A stretch of DNA of 64,000 nt from Amoebidium appalachense (taxonomy: Eukaryota > Protista > Ichthyosporea), in NCBI GenBank assembly GCA_963693365.1, contig CAVNZM010000001.1:19538125-19602124 (forward strand), in the 5' to 3' direction. The translations under genes and the position numbers were made by a program. The notes beneath the pieces were generated by a model that was given only the letters and a program-made list of their open reading frames with translations, did no database searches and was not told the DNA's origin. Positions 53,269-64,000 of this stretch are shown piece after piece (the stretch's first letter is position 1; each line of letters starts with the position of its first letter).

Positions 53269-54823
53269 ATGGGACCCTCCAAGGTGGTGCTACTTTCGTG
53301 TGGCTCGTTTAACCCTACAACCTTGATGCATCTGCGAATGTTCGGTACGGGTACCTATGCTATATCCTCCTTACATCCATTTTATTTCTTCCCTCTCCCC
53401 TCTCCCCTTCCCCCCCCCCCCCCCCCCCCCCCCCCCTTCGCCCCCCCTTCCACACACACACAAAGCCTCTAAACTGTTCCATTTCTTGTCTCTGTCCTCG
53501 TGCCGCTTTTGAAAGCCTTCCCCTTCACGGAAGGTCTGCAAGGCACATTTTTCTGGATGTACACAGCAACCGTATAAGCACACTTGCCAGAGAAAGCTCT
53601 AAAGCAAAATGCCCCCTGACGTGTAACTGCACAGGTCTCCCGTCCGTTGCTTCTTTTTGGCAACCCCATTATCACGACACGCTTGGAGTACTCTGGTGCT
53701 GTTTACTAGTCCTTTAATCCTTTCCTGCACGACCTCTTATCTTCACCCGATGGGTGTGAACTTCTCCTCCACCGTCGCCTGAGTTGCTTTCCTCCCTCCC
53801 TCTCCCTCTACCAACTCCCCCCCCCCCCCCCCTCCTCTCCCCCGCGGACTTGCCAACAAAGACATTCGGTGTTAGATCGAGTGTGTATTCACGCGAACGC
53901 ATACACTAGCCCCTCCTTCCTTTCACTTTCCCGTCCTTTCATGGATACATAACCCATTATCCCCGCGCCCTCTCCCGTCCCCCCCCCCCCCTCCGCCCCC
54001 TTGCCCCCCTTCCCCCCCAGGTGCCTCCCCTCTCCCCGCGTCCCCCCCCCCCTCCCCTCCCCCTCCCCCAACACACAAACACACCGCCCCTTCTTTCCCT
54101 CACCCACCCACCTTTCTTTTCCCTCTCCTCTTTTGCAACACATGGATTGACCCCAACACTTCACCTGGAAGTCCTTTCATAATCCTTGCCCCTCTGCCTA
54201 TTCTTTTCCCGCCGGTTCTTTGCTTCTCGACCTGCTTCTCACAAACATGTTACAGAGCTTGCACGGGACTATCTGCAGAGGACACAGAATGTGGAAGTGA
54301 TTAAGGGTGTCATGTCGCCCGTGAATGATGGATACGCAAAGAAGGTGTGTCCGTGTTGCTGAGAGAAGGTGGAGAGGCAGGGGGAAAGAGGGCGGGGGGG
54401 GGGGGGGGGGGAGGGGGAGTCTCAGGGCTATTGTCGTTTTCCCAGGAAGTTGGCATATGCTGTGGGAAACGGACAGGGAAGTGGGAGGGAGGGGGAGAGG
54501 GGGGGGGGGGGGAGGGGGGGGGAAGGAATGGAGAGTTGGCCATGGAGTTAGATGTGTGTAGAAGGGAAGGGGGTACGACAACAGGGGCACAAGCGGTACG
54601 GGGCCCCAAAGTCTTTGGGGCAGGGATGGGGGTGGGGGGTGGGGGAGGGGGGGGGGGAGGGGATAAATCACGCTGAAAGTACGTATGATGAGCAAGAGGA
54701 TGTGTTGTATATCGTAGGAATATGAAGTGATTTGTGTGAGGCCCTGGGCCGAGGCCGAGGGTCGATTACGGATCTCGTCTAGATGTTTGAAGTTCAGAAA
54801 GATGGTGTTAGGACCAAGATTGC

Positions 54824-54863
<40 letters not shown>

Positions 54864-55380
54864 ACAAACAAACAAAAAAAAGGGGGGGGGGGGGGAGGGG
54901 GGGGAGAGGGGGTCAAATGCGAGCACTCAAGGTATTTTGAGACGTCGGTGCTAGGTAACTGCAGGAAGGAATTACACAGTGTTTGTGGGGTGCATATACC
55001 TACTCGGAATGAGGTAGGTTGGAGTGTGGAACAGGTGCCATGGGTTGATTGACACTGGACGAGGAGAAAATATTTATCTTTCTTTTTTTTTATGTTTCAT
55101 CCTATTTATTGGTATTGGGGTTTGACGGTAGGGCCTAGTGGCGGCACAGCATCGGGTGGCCATGTGCAGAGCTGCCACTGCCTCTTCTGATTGGATAATC
55201 GTGGATGACTGGTGGGTGAACGTGTCTCTCTCTCTCTGCCTCTCTCTGCCTCCATTCCCCAACCCTCACCCGTCCCACCCCTCCCCCTTACACCGAAACC
55301 CTCGTTACCCCCCTCCCCCCCCCCCCCCCCCCCCTCCACCCACCGACCCCACCCCCTCCCCGTCACACGCACACACATTC

Positions 55381-55412
<32 letters not shown>

Positions 55413-55931
55413 GGTGTGTGGGCACACACACAGACACAAAGCTGTCTTTCTTTCTTGCAGGCGGTTTTGATAGCCAGCAACTAGCACCTTTTCTCCTTTT
55501 TCTGTACCTGCACACCCCATACTCATATCTCTCCCCTGCCTCCCGCTGTTCCTTTCGGCAACCGGCCCAAAAGTACTCAATCTAGGGACATCATTTATAA
55601 CCCCCCTCCTCCCCCCCCCTCCCCCCTCCCCCCCCCCCAAAAAAAAAAAAAAAAAAAAGAAAAAAAGAAAGAAAGAAAGAAAAGGTAAGAAAAACGAGGA
55701 AGGAAACAAACAAAGAAAAGGCCTATGATACATTGCAGTCTCCCTCCCTTCCCCTCCCCCCTCCCCTTTCCCCCCTCCTCCCCCCTGGGACATTGATCAT
55801 CCAAGCTACCTAATTTGTCACCACCGATTGATTGTCCCTCACACTGGCATTGTGGCTGCAGCGTCCTTTATACTGGACCTGTTCCACAACAATCAGTTAC
55901 TCTGTATCCGTGTGCTGCTTGCCGGTGCCCT

Positions 55932-55962
<31 letters not shown>

Positions 55963-56855
55963 CACCACCACCACCACCACCACCACCACCACCCCTTTTC
56001 CCCGCACCCCCTCCCCTCCCCCCCCCCCCCCCTTTTTTTTTTTTGGGTGGTTGGGGGTGGGGAAGGGGGTGTGAGGGAGGAGGGAGGAGGAGGAGGGGCC
56101 GGGGGCGGGGGGGGGGGGGGGGGGGGGGGGGCTATTCGTGCGTGTCTGCCTGCGTGTGTGAAGCCATGTACGCACCCGCCCTTACATATTGCATGCAGGG
56201 AGGCCGGACAGAGTGAGTATCAGCGCACCCTGGAGGTGCTGCGGAAGGTGGCACGTGACTTCAATGTAGATGGCAAAGGTGCCAAATCCCCGCCCCCCAG
56301 GCATCTCTCTCCCTCCCCTATCCCCTCCCCCCCCCCCCCCCCCCCCCTTCCGCCCCCCCCCCCCCCCCCCCAGGGACCCCCGGGTGCCCCTGCCCCCCCC
56401 CTCCCCCCCCCCCCCCCCCCCCCAAAGGGCCCCCCGGGTGACCCCTGCCCCCCCCCCCCCCTTCCCCCCGCCCCACCAGCCTGTCCGCCCGCCTGCGGGC
56501 CCTTCCCTTCCTCCGCCTCCCCAGATGTGAGCCATTTGACTTGCAACTCAATGTTTTTTCCGCGTGCAATCTTCCCTCATCCTTTTTGCCTTGCCAGGGT
56601 GTTTCCCCCGTTGAGTTGCACTCCCATGCAACCCGACATGGCTGTTCTCTAGTGTGCATCTGTAAGCACACACGCATTTTTTGCTACAAGCTGCATTGGT
56701 TTACCCTCACACAGGGTCGCCGGTTTGCTTGCAGAAGCTTGCGGTCACTCACCCACACACTCATTCTTTCATTCATTCACATTCGCCCAATCACTCACTC
56801 ACTCACTCACTCATTCCCTCACTCACTCGCTCGTTCGCTTACTCACTCACCAATA

Positions 56856-56902
<47 letters not shown>

Positions 56903-58222
56903 TCACATTCACAGAGCCTGTGCAAGTACGGCTACTGTGTGGTGCCGACCTTCTGGATTCGTTCCGTGTACCCGGCCTCTGGCAGACTGATGATGTAAGG
57001 CGCGGGTTTTCTTTCTGTTTTGATACCCTTCTGTTGTTCGCATGCCTCTCTGTTTCAATGCAGTGTCAAATAGGCTGATATTGTGCCTCCAGGCTGGGGG
57101 GGGGGGGGGGGGGGGATGAGGGGTTGGTGACGCATGTGGCAGTAGTACTTGGGCATATTTACACGTAGTGATCTTCGTGGTGACGGTGGACAGTTGCTGA
57201 CAATGTGACATACTTCCGTTGTTATTGGATAACAGATTTAGACACAAGAAGATAGTGTTCAATGGGTGAAAGGGGAGTGGGGAATGGGGAACATTGTGGC
57301 TGAAGCTTTGGATAATGGGGGTTGCATGATGGGGCTATATATTAGTTGATAGAAATAGTGCCTCTTAAAGGGAGAAACTGTATGATGGGTCACCCATTGC
57401 GGTACAGCAAGGATGCAACCAAACATCGCAGATGTGACATGACAGTGGCTCTAGGGTGGGCACAAACTGATTGGTTATGGGCCACAGATGGAGCGCATCC
57501 TTGGGCAGCACGGCATTGTGTGCATCACCAGGGCTGGCTCCGACCCCTCCAAGATCATCTACGACATAGACCGCCTGTACCATCACCAGGTTGCATTCCC
57601 CCAGCTGTTGCCCCTCCCCCCCCCCCCCCAAAAAAAAACTCACATACTCACATACACTCACTCACTCACTCCTCTTTTTTTATTTTTAACCGGCACGTGC
57701 ACAGACGAGTACTTTCAGACCCCAGCACACAAACCGACAGTCAAGGACACACATGTACACGCACACGGATGTTCTCTCGTGGAGGTACAAAGAATGGGGC
57801 ATGTTAACACACGCACAGTTACAGGCAAATCGTCAACCCGCACACCACACAGAGAGAAAGAAGGGGACCGGGGGGAAGGGGGGGAGAGTTTGTGTGCTCA
57901 AGCAAGTGAGGAACCCACGCATTGCTAACATAAGATGTCCACAGAATCACATCACAATCGTTACCGAGTGGATTTCAAATGATGTCAGCTCCACAAAAGT
58001 CAGGTTTGCAACCCCCTCCCCCCCCCCTCCCCCCCCCCCCCCCCCCCCCGGCTTCTTTTTCTGGTCAGCCCAATCCAGTTGGTAACTCGCCACTGGGTAC
58101 CCACCTCTGTGCAACCACTTGCATGTATATGAGGGAGAGGTGGCTAAGGAAGGGACGCAACCATGAATACGAAAGGGATCGTTTATTTTTTTATCTTTTT
58201 TATTATTATCTCTTTTTTTTTT

Positions 58223-58267
<45 letters not shown>

Positions 58268-58450
58268 TATAGAGAGAGAAAAAGGAGAAAACCAAAAAGG
58301 TTGAAAGATGAAGAGTGTTAGAAAATTGCAACACTGAAGTTCCATATCATGCACAGGAAATCCCTCCAGCGCAACGAGTCCGTCAAGTATCTGGTACCCG
58401 ACCCTGTGTGCGAGTACATCCGGACACATGGCCTCTATGCAAACGCATAG
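53269..58450 (+). CDS. NMNAT: Nicotinamide/nicotinate mononucleotide adenylyltransferase, 8 exons, 219 aa
   Basis: Exons: 53269-53344, 54256-54344, 55132-55211, 56199-56278, 56915-56994, 57488-57589, 57945-58003, 58357-58450 (660 nt). Motifs [75 protein letters not shown]. Confidence 0.97.
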
Positions 58451-59186
58451 GCACAACAAAGCAAGCGAGAAGCTGGACAGATGACGTGGTAACATGACCG
58501 GTTGTGGAGTATAATGGGAATGAGGATTGCCAAGAGAAGCGGTGTTACAATTGCAAGCCGCTTTCCAGCTAGACAGCCCCGGCCGTGTTTTTTTTTTTTT
58601 TTTTTTTTTTTTTTTGGAGGGGGGGGGGGGGGGGGGGGGGGGGGTTTACGAAGTAACATTGAAAGTACCTGATGTATATCTGTAGTGGCCCTACCACCTT
58701 ATTCCATTAGATTAGGTATTAGCTATACTGTTTAGGATGGCAAACGAACACTTCCTGCAATGTCAGAATGGTGCGCTGGGGAGTCATTTGGCCCGAGGGT
58801 CGACCGAAACACGCTTTTCGTGTTACATGTTTCGGACTCAGCACGCCTTTCTGCCTCTTGGGTGGTTAAAACTTTCAAATTAGTATATTATTTTCATTAT
58901 AACAATAATTACACTTTATATGATTTTCACACAGTGTTCAGGTATCTCGGTATGCACTTGTTACTGGATAACTCGTGAAGTTTTTATTGTCTTCTCAGTA
59001 TGCCGTGCATACTTGCATATCTTTCCGTCGAATAAATCCAGTCAAAAGAAAAAAAAATTACACTATTTGTGGTTTCCAAAGCTTATAGTTTCTTGCCCTT
59101 ACTAAGCTTCTTTTTTCTGTTCTGTATATTACGCTCTGCTGAAGCATTATTAGCCTCGAGCTCTAAGTGACTATCTATTGCTTTAG

Positions 59187-60598
<1,412 letters not shown>

Positions 60599-60865
60599 TT
60601 ACTCTACTTCCTAGTTTTAGGCCAGAGCTCTGGCTTATTCGATTTATTTGCACCCAGGTCGGCCCCGAATGCTCAAAACAAACGAAGTACAGGTACTCTT
60701 GCATAAGTGGCTTTTGTCCTAATCACAGTGGTTTCTACTATCTATTATTGCTCATAATATTGAATTAAATCAATGATCACAGGGTGCCAATAGCAGTGGT
60801 CATGATGCATACAACATATGTACATGTATGCCTGACATTTTCGTTGAACACGACACACACACGTG

Positions 60866-60900
<35 letters not shown>

Positions 60901-60911
60901 CACACGCGCGC

Positions 60912-60980
<69 letters not shown>

Positions 60981-61663
60981 AATGTGTACCACACGCACGC
61001 ACACGTGTACACACGCATGTAACACACTCACACATACACGCACACATGTACACGCATTTTGAAATCCACGTTCAGTAGGCCTGCTATAAAGGCTATTATT
61101 GGCCCATCTAGATGTCGACATCCCGGCCCCAACGATTGGTATATCTGAGTCACCCTAAAGCAAAAGATTGGGGTTAGTAAATGTTTTTTATATAAGTAAA
61201 TGTACATTTTCGCGTCATACGCAATTTCTGTCAGCTGACTCATTGGGTCTTGATTCATGCCATCTTTGCCCTTCAAGTACTTGTAAATACAAAAAATACA
61301 ACTCATAAATATTGATCATATTTAGTACAAGTTTTCTACCTATTATAAATAGCGCTCAACCCACAGTGAGAAAATACCATTCACTTTTTATCACGTAATT
61401 TGAAATTAATCCACCCCCAAATCTTGTAAGGATAATCTAGGGAGTTACCTTGTGTGAGCCATGGCATGGCCATGTGGCTTGCAGTTTTCAGACTTGTGCC
61501 ACGATCTCCACTGTGTCACTGACTCACAGACTCACAGTGCAAGGGAACGGGAAGCAGGAAGCCTAAGGCAGACCACGTGCAATAGTCTTATAGTAATTTG
61601 CGAGAGGCACTATGTTCTTGCACATAGCACACACCAGTGTCACCTTAACTTAACCCAATCAAC

Positions 61664-62139
61664 ATGAGTGTGGCGGCGCTTTTGGCCTCTGTGGCGGAGT
61701 CGTGTGGGGCTGTGCGCACAACACTGGCACTTGCGCGCCAACAGCAAATAGGCACCTGTGTGGCACAGGTTAGGAACAGGCCGCCCTGTCGGAACTTGGG
61801 CGGGGCGCCGGCGCTGGCGTTTGCCGAACAGAGGTGCGTGCTGGTGCATGTGCGTGTGGATGCAGTGCATAGTTGTGTGTGTGGGTGTGTGTGTGCTGAT
61901 TGTGCGCTTTGCTTTCCAGTACTGTTCTGTGTGTGGCAAAATCTTCAAGTAGGCACATTCGTTTGGTAGACGGTTTATTGGGTCACTTGCGGAATGATTG
62001 GATGATTTAATGCTGTATCGGAACTGATGTGCGCGCTAGTGGTAGGCGTGAGAGGTGAAGGCGGTTCAGGGAGGAAGGGAATGGGGAAGGACGAGAGAGG
62101 GAGGGGGTGGGGAATGGGGGAGCAGACACATGCGTGCGT

Positions 62140-62173
<34 letters not shown>

Positions 62174-62317
62174 ACACATACATACACATTCACACACGAA
62201 TATGCTGCTTGCTCATGGATACACACACAAAAACACATACAGACAGATACATACGCACACACAGACACACACCCACACACACCCACACACACACGTGCTC
62301 ACACACACACACACGTG

Positions 62318-62368
<51 letters not shown>

Positions 62369-63487
62369 GGGCAACCTACTAATGCAAAGGAATAGGTGAT
62401 GTTATTGCAAGGTGCTTTGAATATACCCTTTCCCCGCTCTTCCCCCACCTCCCCCACCTCCTTCTCGGCTTTTTGTTTGAAGGTGGTGTGTGCGTGTGTG
62501 CGTGTGTGTGTGTGTGTGTGGGGGGGAAGGGGGGGGGGGGGGGGGGGGGGGAAGAGAGGGGGGGCGCTGGGAGGGAGGGGGGGCTGCATGTGTATATGTG
62601 CTTCTGGACGCCAGGGGAGAGTGCAGGGCGCAAGGGAGCTTCATTCATAAATGACGACCGTGGGTGTTTGATTCACTCCGTGTCACTGCTCGTCTGTGTC
62701 TATGCGTTGTATGTGTGAGGAGGGGAGGAGGAGGGGGGGGAGGGGAGGGGGGGGGGGGGGGGGGGGGGGAACAGAGGGCTGTGGCGAGGATGGGTTTGCA
62801 CTAGGAGCCCCCCTCCCCCCCCCCCCCCACTCCCCCTCCAACACATACACACATAATAAAGGGTCCATTATACGTTTTAGCCCTTTTTGTGTGTGTGTGT
62901 GTGTGTGCTGGGGGCCGGAATCTGGAAGGGCAAGGGAGAGGGGGGGACGGGGGAAAGCTCTGCGTGTACGAAATGGTTGTATGGTGTGGGTGTGTGCCTG
63001 TGTGAATGGAGAGGGAGTAAGAAGGGCGTGCATATGAGTGAGTGTGTGTGTGTGGTAGTCGTGTATCTGTGGCTGGGATATGTGGTGTGCATGTGTGTCT
63101 TATCTTTCTATTGTTCATTCTTTCTTCCTTTCTTCCCCGTTTTTTTTTTTTCTTTGAGAGAGAGGGGAGGGTTTGGGCAGAGGGGGGGGGGGGGGGAGGG
63201 GGGGGGGGGGGGGCTGGTAAAGGAAACAGGAACCATGTCGGTCTCACTGACGGCACGTCTGCAGCCACCCAGGCAGCGCTAAGCGTAACGGTAAGATCAG
63301 TGTGCCGGAGTTTATGGAGCAGCTGGACCGCATGTTTGAGTCGAGGCCTCAGGGCTCACAGGTGCAGTGGGCACTCAAGCACGTCAAGGACGGACAGGTG
63401 CGTGGTTTGGCTTCTTTAAAAATGAATAATAAAGTCGGAGTGGCAAGGGGAGGGGAGGGAAAGGGGGGAGGGGGGGAGGGAGGAGGA

Positions 63488-63519
<32 letters not shown>

Positions 63520-64000
63520 GCTCGTGAAGTCCGTTAGTTGGTTAGTGGTTGTGGTGGTAACGGGGGGGGGGAGGGGGGAGGGGGGGGATTGTGGCTGTGG
63601 GTCTTGTTGTTTGTGTGCAGTGTACAATTGGGGATGTGTAAAAATTGCAGGGAAAGATTGAGCAGATGCGTGTGACCACACCGACTCTGTGTATCAGCTA
63701 TGGGCATTCTATGGCCAAATGTGTCGTTTTGCTGAGAAAGACATTGTGTGTTCCAATTAGTCAAGCGATCCCTTGAAGATGGTTTATGGTTACAAGATGT
63801 GTAGTCTCCACGTTATTTCTCTAATGCGTAGTAGCGATAGCAACACACAACAGCCATTAGGCACATCTTGTTGCGCATGCCAGGACTTGCCCATTAGCTG
63901 TTTGAGGCTCATATGGTGACTCTTGCAGGTTGGTGCCCACCCGCACTTCCTGCCCACTTTGGCCCAGAAGGTGCTGGAAAAGAGCAGAGATGCAGGCGCA
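61664..64000 (+). CDS. 5' part of an unidentified gene that runs off the window; N-terminus could be a mitochondrial presequence
   Basis: Exons: 61664-61833 ([27 protein letters not shown]..., AG|GTGCGT), 63265-63397 ([44 protein letters not shown]|GTGCGT), 63929-end ([24 protein letters not shown]). Phases are compatible; no family recognised. Confidence 0.6.

Noticed and set aside
55132-56994. Three consecutive 80-nt exons in NMNAT
   Set aside because: The exons share no sequence similarity; this is most likely coincidence.

Overview
This is intron-rich eukaryotic DNA with GT-AG introns, nearly all carrying poly-G/poly-C tracts and microsatellites. The V-ATPase B sequence ([15 protein letters not shown]) and an animal-type transglutaminase suggest a holozoan, possibly unicellular; this is inference, not a taxonomic assignment. 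Almost all ORF-track entries are low-complexity artefacts, so genes were spliced by hand. They are: (1) a minus-strand putative F-box/WD40-like gene (~3535-7789) with a frameshift in its last exon; (2) V-ATPase subunit B, minus, 14 exons, ~500 aa; (3) a Greatwall/Rim15/IRE-family AGC kinase, minus, ~36 exons, ~1550 aa; (4) an animal-type transglutaminase with a predicted signal peptide, minus, 10 exons, ~698 aa; (5) NMNAT, plus, 8 exons, 219 aa; (6) the 5' part of an unidentified plus-strand gene. The most notable observations are a multi-copy interspersed element with a fixed end against poly-G/C, variable truncation, conserved hairpins and hammerhead-core-like motifs (Penelope-like candidate); an ATF4/GCN4-like uORF leader on the kinase; a duplicated start exon whose frame depends on a (TA)n tract; and an in-frame tandem duplication of a splice donor in V-ATPase B.
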